NCBI RefSeq assembly: GCF_024223415.1
Contig: NZ_CP100500.1
Length of the DNA stretch: 64,000 nucleotides
Strand: one strand, 5' to 3'
Source: Escherichia coli
GTDB lineage: Bacteria; Pseudomonadota; Gammaproteobacteria; Enterobacterales; Enterobacteriaceae
How positions within the stretch are numbered: the stretch's first letter is position 1; the number at the start of each line of letters is the position of its first letter. The notes under the pieces were generated by a model. The model was not told the DNA's origin. It searched no databases and saw only the letters and a list, made by a program, of their open reading frames with translations. The translations under genes were made by a program, and so were the position numbers. This document shows positions 1 through 10,649 of this stretch, one piece after another.

Positions 1-794
1 TTTTCTGCCAGAACCGCGCGCTGGATATCCGGGTAATCATAACCCTTGAGATTCAACAGAATTAACGCTCCCTGCAACGGTGGCAGAGTCGGGTTGAATG
101 CGGCGTTTTCAGCGTAGCTGCCACTGAAAATACGACCGTCTTTACATTCCAGCGCGACACCGCTTGGCGACTTACTGTAAGGCATGTGCGAACGGTTTGC
201 CGCCGCAATCGCTGCCTGAGAAAGCGCATCACCCGTCAGCGCATAGCCGTGATCCTGTTCGTCCATCAGCAGCGTTTTAATCTCCAGATCTTTCGGCCCA
301 AAGGCATCTGGCAGATAGTCACGCAGCGCGTGTGCCTCGCGGCCCGGCAGATGAATACGCAGATCCAGACCGCTGTTCAGTTCATTCATAAACTGACGGC
401 AGTGACCACAAGGCGTGTAGTTAACGGTGATGGCTGCAAGCGCTTTTTCACCACTCAACCAGGCGTGGCTGATCGCGCTTTGTTCGGCATGAACGGTTTG
501 CTGCATTGTCGCACCAATAAATTCCATATTGGCACCGAAATACCAGGTTCCGCTCACACCGCGCGCAATTGCGCCAACATTAAAATTCGACAATGGCGTA
601 CGCGCACAGGCCGCCGCCAGCGGAAGTAGTGCGAATGCCAGCGCGTCTTCGTCCAGCCCCGTTGCGCTCTTCAGCGATGAGACTTGCTCCCCGGTCAACA
701 AAGCGGGGAAGTACTTGTCTGCCAGAATAGGTTCCAGTGCAGATTGCAAGTTATCCGCAAGTTGGGCAAAAGCGGTTTGAAAACGTGGATGCAT
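1..794 (-). CDS. cdd: cytidine deaminase, partial (3' end lies beyond window start)
   Basis: Reverse-strand translation begins [33 protein letters not shown]... and contains the Zn-binding [10 protein letters not shown] motif; matches E. coli Cdd from memory. Confidence 0.9.
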
Positions 795-923
795 GGCGTT
801 GCCTCATAATCATGTAATGGGATAACAGTTTACGAACCCGTTATGGCTTTATATGTGATCTGAATCTCATTAATTATGCAACGCGTGAAACATACATCAA
901 AAATGCGCGACGCATCGCAAATT

Positions 924-2050
<1,127 letters not shown>

Positions 2051-2252
2051 TTAATTCGTAAAACGTGCTACCGATCACATTAAGAAATCAGCGCTTATTT
2101 TTTCGCTCCCCGGCATTACGCAATGCGCAGCGAACTCAGGCATACATCAAGCATAGAGAGGGATTGCAGTTTGCAGCAATCCCTCTTTGCAGACCTTTAA
2201 TCCGCTGACCATAGGCGCTAACATAGCGCCTCATTTTTTTGCGGGTGATGAT

Positions 2253-3200
2253 ATGCGTGTGTTACTGGCACCGATGGAGGGAGTGCTTGACTCTCTGGTG
2301 CGTGAATTGCTGACCGAAGTTAACGACTACGATCTGTGCATCACCGAGTTTGTCCGCGTGGTGGATCAACTGCTGCCGGTAAAAGTCTTTCATCGCATTT
2401 GCCCTGAGCTACAAAACGCCAGCCGGACACCATCTGGTACGCTGGTGCGCGTGCAGTTGTTAGGTCAGTTCCCACAATGGCTGGCAGAGAACGCCGCCCG
2501 TGCGGTGGAGTTAGGTTCCTGGGGCGTGGATCTCAATTGCGGCTGCCCGTCGAAAACGGTTAACGGTAGCGGCGGCGGGGCGACGTTACTCAAAGATCCT
2601 GAACTCATCTACCAGGGTGCAAAAGCGATGCGTGAAGCTGTACCGGCGCATTTGCCCGTCAGCGTGAAAGTGCGTCTGGGCTGGGACAGCGGTGAGAAGA
2701 AATTTGAAATCGCCGATGCGGTTCAACAGGCTGGCGCTACGGAGCTGGTGGTGCATGGGCGGACGAAAGAGCAGGGTTACCGCGCGGAGCATATTGACTG
2801 GCAGGCGATTGGCGATATTCGCCAGCGGCTGAATATTCCGGTGATTGCCAACGGTGAAATCTGGGACTGGCAGAGCGCGCAACAATGCATGGCGATCAGC
2901 GGCTGCGACGCAGTGATGATTGGTCGCGGGGCGCTCAATATTCCCAACCTGAGCCGGGTGGTAAAATATAACGAACCGCGAATGCCGTGGCCGGAGGTGG
3001 TTGCTTTGCTGCAAAAATATACCCGTCTGGAAAAGCAGGGCGATACCGGGTTATATCACGTTGCGCGGATTAAACAGTGGTTGAGTTATTTGCGTAAAGA
3101 ATACGATGAAGCAACGGAATTATTTCAGCATGTTCGGGTGTTGAATAATTCCCCTGATATTGCAAGGGCTATTCAGGCAATTGATATCGAGAAACTCTAA
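2253..3200 (+). CDS. dusC: tRNA-dihydrouridine synthase C
   Basis: Track ORF 2187..3200; start taken at [13 protein letters not shown]...; Dus-family TIM-barrel motifs (LNCGCPS, VHGRT). Confidence 0.9.
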
Positions 3201-3241
3201 AAAACCATAGTGATGTTTTTTGACAATGTGTTAGCTCTTTA

Positions 3242-3502
3242 TCAATAGGCCGCACGGTTGTTTGGTGGCGTCAAAATTGCCGAGGCGTTCCCTGAAGGCC
3301 GGGGCAGCCCACATGGATGTGGGCTGAGGGCGCGTTTTACAGGGATGTTACCTCGCGCCCGACCCGGTAGCCGTAAGGGATAAGCCGAGGGCACCGCGCA
3401 GCGGCGATTTTGTTCGCCAGAGCCCGGGGGTGCAGGGGGCGGCGGCGATTGGCCGCCCCCTGCGCGCTCCTTGCGCCAGTGATTATATGAAGCAATGCAC
3501 AT
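3242..3502. repeat. GC-rich palindromic intergenic element (unclassified structured repeat)
   Basis: Very GC-rich stretch between dusC and yohP with a perfect 12-bp inverted repeat gcagggggcggc...gccgccccctgc and a second hairpin gcccacatggatgtgggc; the overlapping 86-aa Pro/Gly-rich ORF is not credible as coding. Confidence 0.4.
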
Positions 3503-3572
3503 GACAGGAGCGCAACAGGATGAGAGACTGAAATATTCTCGTTATTTTCGGACCTGATGACATTAATTAATT

Positions 3573-3656
3573 TTAAAATATCATCTTAAATACGCCAGTC
3601 ACCACCAGTAGCCCAATCAGGAAAATAATCAATACAGCCCAGAGTATAATTTTCAT
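3573..3656 (-). CDS. yohP: 27-aa small membrane protein
   Basis: Reverse-strand ORF MKIILWAVLIIFLIGLLVVTGVFKMIF; matches the K-12 small protein YohP from memory; too short for the ORF track. Confidence 0.7.
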   Translation of the reverse strand: MKIILWAVLIIFLIGLLVVTGVFKMIF

Positions 3657-3879
3657 TGGCGTTCCTTTATTTGTGAGTGCTGAATAAGTATAGGAAAAAA
3701 CGAAGCCCTTTGCCGTTATCCATAAACGATTAAGATAAATCGGAAGATATCATTCACTTAGTGTATATTTTTCTGGATATGTCGTTTTATTGCCACTGAT
3801 GTATTGCCACGCGAAACTAAAAAATATATCGCAACACACGGTAATCTCCGCGCACCTTTTCTTACCTGATTATTCCCCC

Positions 3880-5316
3880 ATGAATCGTGATTCCTTTTAT
3901 CCAGCCATCGCCTGTTTTCCGCTGTTACTGATGCTGGCCGGGTGTGCGCCTATGCATGAAACCCGCCAGGCGTTAAGCCAGCAAACGCCCGCTGCACAAG
4001 TTGACACCGCATTACCCACGGCGCTGAAAAATGGTTGGCCAGACAGCCAATGGTGGCTGGAGTATCACGATAATCAACTCACTTCCTTAATTAACAATGC
4101 ACTACAGAACGCACCGGATATGCAGGTGGCTGAACAGCGCATTCAGCTAGCTGAAGCCCAAGCGAAGGCAGTTGCCACTCAGGATGGTCCGCAGATCGAC
4201 TTTTCGGCGGATATGGAGCGGCAAAAAATGTCGGCAGAAGGCTTAATGGGGCCGTTTGCTCTGAACGATCCGGCCGCAGGTACGACCGGCCCGTGGTACA
4301 CCAACGGTACTTTTGGCTTAACGGCGGGCTGGCATCTCGATATCTGGGGAAAGAATCGGGCGGAGGTTACTGCCCGCCTGGGTACGGTTAAAGCACGGGC
4401 GGCGGAACGCGAGCAAACCCGCCAATTGCTGGCTGGCAGCGTAGCCCGCCTGTACTGGGAGTGGCAAACCCAGGCGGCGTTAAACACGGTCTTGCAGCAA
4501 ATAGAAAAAGAGCAGAACACCATTATCGCGACCGATCGCCAGCTATATCAGAACGGGATTACTTCTTCAGTTGAAGGTGTGGAAACCGATATTAATGCCA
4601 GCAAAACCCGGCAGCAGCTCAACGATGTCGCGGGGAAAATGAAAATTATTGAGGCACGGTTAAGCGCACTTACAAATAACCAGACAAAGTCATTGAAGCT
4701 TAAACCGGTCGCGTTGCCGAAAGTGGCAAGCCAGCTTCCTGATGAACTGGGGTACTCCTTACTGGCCCGGCGGGCAGATTTGCAGGCGGCGCACTGGTAC
4801 GTTGAGTCATCGCTAAGCACCATTGATGCGGCAAAAGCGGCATTTTATCCTGACATCAACCTGATGGCCTTCCTGCAACAGGATGCGTTGCACTTAAGCG
4901 ATCTGTTCCGTCATTCCGCGCAGCAAATGGGCGTTACGGCAGGCCTGACGCTACCCATTTTCGATAGTGGTCGTCTTAACGCCAATCTCGATATCGCAAA
5001 AGCCGAAAGCAACTTGTCTATCGCCAGCTACAACAAAGCGGTGGTTGAAGCGGTGAATGACGTGGCGCGGGCAGCCAGTCAGGTTCAGACACTGGCGGAG
5101 AAAAACCAGCATCAGGCGCAAATTGAGCGCGATGCCTTGCGTGTGGTAGGTCTTGCGCAGGCGCGCTTTAACGCGGGCATCATTGCTGGTTCCCGCGTCA
5201 GCGAAGCCAGAATCCCCGCGCTGCGTGAGCGGGCCAATGGCCTGTTATTGCAAGGGCAGTGGCTGGATGCCTCCATTCAACTCACTGGTGCGTTGGGCGG
5301 GGGTTACAAACGCTGA
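3880..5316 (+). CDS. mdtQ: outer membrane efflux lipoprotein (OMF family), apparently intact
   Basis: Track ORF 3790..5316; start taken at MNRDSFYPAIACFPLLLMLAGCAP (lipobox LAGC); OprM/TolC-like; uninterrupted 478-aa frame. Confidence 0.8.
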   Translation: MNRDSFYPAIACFPLLLMLAGCAPMHETRQALSQQTPAAQVDTALPTALKNGWPDSQWWLEYHDNQLTSLINNALQNAPDMQVAEQRIQLAEAQAKAVATQDGPQIDFSADMERQKMSAEGLMGPFALNDPAAGTTGPWYTNGTFGLTAGWHLDIWGKNRAEVTARLGTVKARAAEREQTRQLLAGSVARLYWEWQTQAALNTVLQQIEKEQNTIIATDRQLYQNGITSSVEGVETDINASKTRQQLNDVAGKMKIIEARLSALTNNQTKSLKLKPVALPKVASQLPDELGYSLLARRADLQAAHWYVESSLSTIDAAKAAFYPDINLMAFLQQDALHLSDLFRHSAQQMGVTAGLTLPIFDSGRLNANLDIAKAESNLSIASYNKAVVEAVNDVARAASQVQTLAEKNQHQAQIERDALRVVGLAQARFNAGIIAGSRVSEARIPALRERANGLLLQGQWLDASIQLTGALGGGYKR

Positions 5317-5368
5317 TGATATGCGCCTTCTATACTTAACGTTTATTCAGCGTTAAGTGGAGAACTCG

Positions 5369-6130
5369 ATGGCACAGGTTGCGATTATTACCGCCTCCGA
5401 TTCGGGGATCGGCAAAGAGTGCGCGTTATTACTGGCGCAGCAGGGGTTTGATATTGGTATTACCTGGAACTCAGATGAAGAAGGGGCAAAAGATACCGCG
5501 CGTGAGGTAGTTAGCCACGGCGTACGTGCGGAGATCGTGCAGCTGGATCTCGGTAAACTGCCAGAAGGTGCGCAGGCGCTGGAGAAACTCATTCAACGGC
5601 TGGGGCGTATTGATGTGCTGGTGAATAATGCGGGCGCAATGACCAAAGCGCCGTTTCTTGATATGGCTTTCGATGAGTGGCGCAAGATTTTTACCGTTGA
5701 TGTCGATGGTGCATTTTTATGCTCACAAATTGCGGCCCGCCAGATGGTGAAACAAGGGCAGGGCGGTCGCATCATCAACATTACGTCGGTACATGAACAT
5801 ACGCCGCTGCCGGATGCCAGCGCCTACACAGCCGCTAAACATGCGCTCGGTGGGTTAACCAAAGCGATGGCGCTGGAGCTGGTCAGGCATAAGATTTTGG
5901 TGAACGCAGTCGCGCCTGGGGCGATCGCCACGCCAATGAATGGCATGGATGACAGCGACGTGAAGCCCGACGCGGAGCCTTCGATTCCTCTGCGGCGTTT
6001 TGGCGCAACGCATGAGATTGCCAGCCTGGTAGCGTGGCTGTGCTCAGAGGGCGCAAATTACACCACCGGGCAGTCGTTGATAGTGGATGGCGGCTTTATG
6101 TTGGCGAATCCGCAGTTCAACCCAGAATAG
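5369..6130 (+). CDS. yohF: short-chain dehydrogenase/reductase
   Basis: MAQVAIITASDSGIGKE... Rossmann TASxxGIG motif, NNAG, YxxxK; RBS GTGGAG upstream. Confidence 0.9.
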   Translation: MAQVAIITASDSGIGKECALLLAQQGFDIGITWNSDEEGAKDTAREVVSHGVRAEIVQLDLGKLPEGAQALEKLIQRLGRIDVLVNNAGAMTKAPFLDMAFDEWRKIFTVDVDGAFLCSQIAARQMVKQGQGGRIINITSVHEHTPLPDASAYTAAKHALGGLTKAMALELVRHKILVNAVAPGAIATPMNGMDDSDVKPDAEPSIPLRRFGATHEIASLVAWLCSEGANYTTGQSLIVDGGFMLANPQFNPE

Positions 6131-6177
6131 CGCAGTGAGGTGCGTGGTTATTTCAATGGGTAAAATTTTGGTAGGCA

Positions 6178-6250
6178 TGATAAGACGCACAAGCGTCGCA
6201 TCAGGCATGGTGCACCGGATGTCGGATGCGGCGCGAACGCCTTACCCAGG
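6178..6250. repeat. REP/BIME-type palindromic repeats
   Basis: Intergenic gatgcgacgc / ggatgcggcg-type REP consensus copies between yohF and yohD. Confidence 0.55.
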
Positions 6251-6259
6251 GCAATGGTT

Positions 6260-6838
6260 TTACGCCTGATGATCCGGCTTTTTCTTCCCGCGCCGTTTCA
6301 GCCACCAGCGCACGCCTACCACCAGAACCACGACCAGAATCAACCAGACCCAGTGCTTCAAATGCTGGTCGAGAGTGTGCAACCACGGCGCAATCACCTG
6401 ACCACCAGCGTAACCGATAGTGGTAAAAATCAACGCCCAGGCAAATGCGCCGAGAATATTAAGCGGCAGAAAGATTTTCGGCGGCAGCTGGCTGGCACCA
6501 ATCAGCGTCGGGCCAATCACCCGAAAGCCATACATAAAGCGCGTACCAATGACAAACAGATACGGATGGCGTTGGATAAGTTTCTGCGCCCGCTCAATTT
6601 TATCCTGATGTTTCGAGAAACGGCGTAACAGCTTGCCGCCAAACCGCCGCCCGCACAGATAAAGCACCTGGTCGCCAATCATGCCGCCAAGCGCCACAGA
6701 AAGTACCACCAGCGGGAACTTTAATAGCCCCTGATGTGCCGCAACGCCTCCCAGCAAAGTCACGGTTTCACCTTCCGCCAGGCTACCGATCACCAGCGCG
6801 GCATAACCATATTGTGAGATGAGTGTATTGAGATCCAT
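6260..6838 (-). CDS. yohD: DedA-family inner membrane protein
   Basis: Track ORF 6260..6874; start taken at MDLNTLISQYGYAALVIGSLAEGETVTL... (192 aa). Confidence 0.85.
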   Translation of the reverse strand: MDLNTLISQYGYAALVIGSLAEGETVTLLGGVAAHQGLLKFPLVVLSVALGGMIGDQVLYLCGRRFGGKLLRRFSKHQDKIERAQKLIQRHPYLFVIGTRFMYGFRVIGPTLIGASQLPPKIFLPLNILGAFAWALIFTTIGYAGGQVIAPWLHTLDQHLKHWVWLILVVVLVVGVRWWLKRRGKKKPDHQA

Positions 6839-7007
6839 AGGCCAGTCTGTCTCCCTTTGGTTGCCTTTAAGCATACACCCTGGAAATCATTCACGCTGAA
6901 AAAGGACGTACATCAGACGGTGCAAATTACATGAGCGAACAAAAAATAATCACAAGCTGAATTATACTTGAACTGTCAGGTTCATGAACTCACAACAAGG
7001 GGGCGGT

Positions 7008-7595
7008 ATGAGCCATGTCTGGGGACTGTTTTCCCATCCCGATCGTGAAATGCAGGTGATTAATCGCGAAAACGAAACGATTTCTCACCATTACACCCAC
7101 CACGTTTTGCTGATGGCGGCGATTCCGGTGATTTGCGCCTTCATTGGCACTACACAGATTGGCTGGAATTTTGGCGATGGCACTATCCTGAAGTTATCCT
7201 GGTTTACCGGACTGGCGCTGGCTGTCCTGTTTTATGGCGTTATGCTGGCTGGGGTTGCGGTAATGGGGCGGGTCATCTGGTGGATGGCGCGTAATTATCC
7301 GCAGCGTCCGTCACTTGCGCACTGCATGGTCTTCGCGGGCTACGTTGCAACTCCGCTGTTTTTAAGCGGTCTGGTGGCGCTTTATCCACTGGTCTGGTTG
7401 TGTGCGCTGGTCGGCACGGTGGCGCTGTTTTACACCGGCTACCTGCTTTACCTTGGTATTCCGAGCTTCCTGAATATCAACAAAGAGGAAGGCCTTAGCT
7501 TCTCTAGTTCGACGCTGGCGATTGGCGTGCTGGTACTGGAAGTGCTGCTCGCCCTAACCGTTATACTATGGGGCTACGGTTATCGTTTGTTCTAG
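7008..7595 (+). CDS. yohC: inner membrane protein (Yip1-like)
   Basis: Track ORF 6984..7595; start taken at MSHVWGLFSHPDREMQ...; multi-TM. Confidence 0.85.
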   Translation: MSHVWGLFSHPDREMQVINRENETISHHYTHHVLLMAAIPVICAFIGTTQIGWNFGDGTILKLSWFTGLALAVLFYGVMLAGVAVMGRVIWWMARNYPQRPSLAHCMVFAGYVATPLFLSGLVALYPLVWLCALVGTVALFYTGYLLYLGIPSFLNINKEEGLSFSSSTLAIGVLVLEVLLALTVILWGYGYRLF

Positions 7596-7768
7596 AAAGT
7601 TCTTTGACGTTGCATTGCTGGCGTAAATGTCAGCAATGCAGCATTTCCTCACGATTCTCCTTTGACGATCGCACTTTTTGCTCGTTATGATGGCGTCGCT
7701 AGCCTCAGTAAATCCTTACTCCGGCGGTGCGCAACCCGTGCGCGTGAACCACTATCTGAATGCTCATC

Positions 7769-8701
7769 ATGCCGAAATTTCGAGTTTCTTTATTTAGCCT
7801 GGCCCTGATGCTGGCTGTGCCTTTGGCACCGCAGGCCGTTGCGAAAACGGCAGCCGCTACCACCGCTTCACAACCGGAAATTGCCTCCGGTAGCGCGATG
7901 ATTGTTGATCTGAATACCAACAAAGTGATCTATTCGAACCACCCGGATCTGGTGCGTCCGATTGCGTCTATCAGCAAATTAATGACCGCGATGGTTGTGC
8001 TGGATGCACGACTGCCGCTGGATGAAAAACTAAAAGTGGATATCAGCCAGACGCCGGAGATGAAAGGGGTCTATTCGCGCGTACGACTGAATAGCGAAAT
8101 CAGCCGTAAAGATATGCTGTTGCTGGCGCTGATGTCTTCAGAAAACCGCGCGGCGGCAAGCCTTGCGCACCATTATCCCGGTGGTTACAAAGCCTTTATT
8201 AAGGCAATGAATGCGAAAGCGAAATCGCTCGGAATGAACAACACGCGCTTTGTTGAACCTACCGGATTGTCGGTGCATAACGTTTCAACTGCCCGTGACT
8301 TAACCAAACTGCTCATTGCCAGCAAACAATATCCGTTGATCGGGCAGTTAAGTACTACCCGGGAAGATATGGCAACCTTCTCTAATCCGACGTATACGCT
8401 GCCGTTCCGCAATACTAATCATCTGGTGTATCGCGATAACTGGAATATTCAGTTAACCAAAACCGGCTTTACCAATGCGGCGGGCCATTGTCTGGTGATG
8501 CGTACGGTTATCAATAATAAACCGGTGGCGCTGGTAGTGATGGACGCGTTTGGCAAATATACCCATTTTGCCGATGCCAGCCGCCTGCGTACCTGGATTG
8601 AAACCGGTAAAGTGATGCCTGTGCCGGCAGCAGCGTTGAGCTATAAAAAACAAAAAGCCGCCCAAATGGCGGCGGCGGGGCAGACGGCACAGAACGATTA
8701 A
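7769..8701 (+). CDS. pbpG: D-alanyl-D-alanine endopeptidase (PBP7)
   Basis: [17 protein letters not shown]... signal peptide; SISKLMT (SxxK) active site motif. Confidence 0.9.
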   Translation: MPKFRVSLFSLALMLAVPLAPQAVAKTAAATTASQPEIASGSAMIVDLNTNKVIYSNHPDLVRPIASISKLMTAMVVLDARLPLDEKLKVDISQTPEMKGVYSRVRLNSEISRKDMLLLALMSSENRAAASLAHHYPGGYKAFIKAMNAKAKSLGMNNTRFVEPTGLSVHNVSTARDLTKLLIASKQYPLIGQLSTTREDMATFSNPTYTLPFRNTNHLVYRDNWNIQLTKTGFTNAAGHCLVMRTVINNKPVALVVMDAFGKYTHFADASRLRTWIETGKVMPVPAAALSYKKQKAAQMAAAGQTAQND

Positions 8702-8738
8702 GTGAATTCGGATGGCGATACTCTGCCATCCGTAATTT

Positions 8739-10454
8739 TTACTCCACTTCCTGCCAGTTTTTCCGTTTACTGGTTTTACCGATCCCCGGATTCATGCTGT
8801 TGGTCGGATCGTTCTCGCGATAGAACTTCTGCAACGTCTCCGGTGCTTTATACAAATGACCGACGTTATGCTCGGCAGGGTACTGCGCGCCGCGCTGCTG
8901 TAGCAGTTCCAGCATCTGTTCTTTTAACGCATGCACATCCACGCCTTTTTTCACTATGTAATCCTGATGGAAGACATAGCACATAAAATGGCCGTAATAG
9001 AGCTTGTGCACCAGCTGGCTGTCGATCTCCGGCGGTAAATGCTCATACCACTCGGTGTCGTTACGCCGCAGAGCGATATCCAACGCCAGAATGTCTTCGA
9101 CTTCATCGGAATGCACCGCCTGATAACGAATTGCTGCGCCCGCAGCGGCGAAACGGTGTAAAAACGCTTTGCTGCCTTCCTCCGGCGTACAGACAAAGAA
9201 ATCGCCTTCGGCCTGTTTGAAATAATCCACCAGCCACGATTTGGCTTCGCCCACGCCATCGCCCGCCATTTTTAACAGCAGATGATGCTCGTATTTATCG
9301 CGCCAGTTTTTCATGCGCGGCGGTAAATGGCTGGGGAACAGGTGACCGAATTTTTGCATCGCACGGTCAGTAAAATGCGGACGGAAGAATTTCACTTTCT
9401 CCAGCATCGCATCGGTGCGTCCCTTGAGATTAAAGAAGAACGGCATCTTGTCGGTGCCTAACTTATCAATCATCAGGAAGGTGTCTTTGCCGTATTTTTC
9501 CGCAATATCGTAGATATCCCGGTGCATATATTCCCCGGCAACCGGCAGATTTTCGAAGTTAGCCAGAATATGACGGCGGATTTCGGTCAGCACTTCCGGC
9601 TGGTTGGTGCCGATATAAAACACCTGCTGATTTTTTTCCGCTTCGAAGGTATCAAGACGTACTGCAAAGACCGCCAGCTTCCCGGCGCAACCAGAAGATT
9701 CAAATAACCGATCAGGATCGGCGTTATAACGTGCGGGCGTGTCGGCTTCAATATCACGAACGCGGTGGACATAGTCATAATCGTGGGCGTGACGACCATC
9801 GTGACGCACATCGTCATCTTTGATGCGATCATCATCCAGCTTGCTAAGGATCTGCTCCGGCGTTTCGCCCAGATCAATCCCCAGATGGTTCACCAGCGTC
9901 AGTTTGCCGTCTTCATTTATACGCGCGAATAACGACATTTCGGTATACGCCGGGCCACGTTGCACCAGCGAGCCGCCGGAGTTGTTACAAATACCGCCGA
10001 TGACCGATGCGCCTATACACGATGATCCAATCACTGAGTGCGGTTCGCGTCCCAGCGGTTTGAGGGCTTTTTCCAGCGAATAGAGCGTGGTGCCCGGATA
10101 GGCCAGCACCTGTTCGCCCTTGCCAAGAACGTGCAGCTTGTCGAGACGCAGGGTGCTGATGATCACGATATCGCGATCATAGCCGTTACCGTTTGGCGTC
10201 GATCCTTCGGTCAGGCCTGTATTGGCAGCCTGCATCAGAATAATTTTGTCGGCGGTGACGCAGGCTTTCAGCACCCGCCACAATTCCAGTAGTGAGCCAG
10301 GGAAAACGACAGCCAGCGCGTCGCCCTGACCAGAACGGAAGCCCTTGCGATAGCGGGCCGTTTTTGCGGGATCGGTGAGCAGGTGTGAATGACCGACCAG
10401 ACGGGCAAGTTCATTCAAAAAGGCTTTATTATCAGTTGTTGTCATGGAAGACAT
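8739..10454 (-). CDS. dld: FAD-dependent D-lactate dehydrogenase
   Basis: Track ORF 8739..10487; start taken at MSSMTTTDNKAFLNELARLVG... (571 aa); matches Dld from memory. Confidence 0.9.
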   Translation of the reverse strand: MSSMTTTDNKAFLNELARLVGHSHLLTDPAKTARYRKGFRSGQGDALAVVFPGSLLELWRVLKACVTADKIILMQAANTGLTEGSTPNGNGYDRDIVIISTLRLDKLHVLGKGEQVLAYPGTTLYSLEKALKPLGREPHSVIGSSCIGASVIGGICNNSGGSLVQRGPAYTEMSLFARINEDGKLTLVNHLGIDLGETPEQILSKLDDDRIKDDDVRHDGRHAHDYDYVHRVRDIEADTPARYNADPDRLFESSGCAGKLAVFAVRLDTFEAEKNQQVFYIGTNQPEVLTEIRRHILANFENLPVAGEYMHRDIYDIAEKYGKDTFLMIDKLGTDKMPFFFNLKGRTDAMLEKVKFFRPHFTDRAMQKFGHLFPSHLPPRMKNWRDKYEHHLLLKMAGDGVGEAKSWLVDYFKQAEGDFFVCTPEEGSKAFLHRFAAAGAAIRYQAVHSDEVEDILALDIALRRNDTEWYEHLPPEIDSQLVHKLYYGHFMCYVFHQDYIVKKGVDVHALKEQMLELLQQRGAQYPAEHNVGHLYKAPETLQKFYRENDPTNSMNPGIGKTSKRKNWQEVE

Positions 10455-10649
10455 TTTCCACTCCTTGTGGTGGCGAAAAAATATCACAAACTAGAATAGC
10501 GCCTTGTATGACAATTCAGCGAGTGAATATTTTGAAAATTCAGACAATAAACTGAGCATTCTTTTTCTCTCTCCATCATGCTTATGGCAAACTACGGTTT
10601 TTGCACCATTTTCGCTGCCTCGTCGGGCAACAGAGGAAGAAAAATCCAT

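Noticed and set aside
3242-3502. 86-aa minus-strand ORF (Pro/Gly/Arg-rich) in the track.
   Set aside because: Lies entirely in a GC-rich palindromic repeat; the composition is what a GC-rich noncoding region gives, and there is no RBS.
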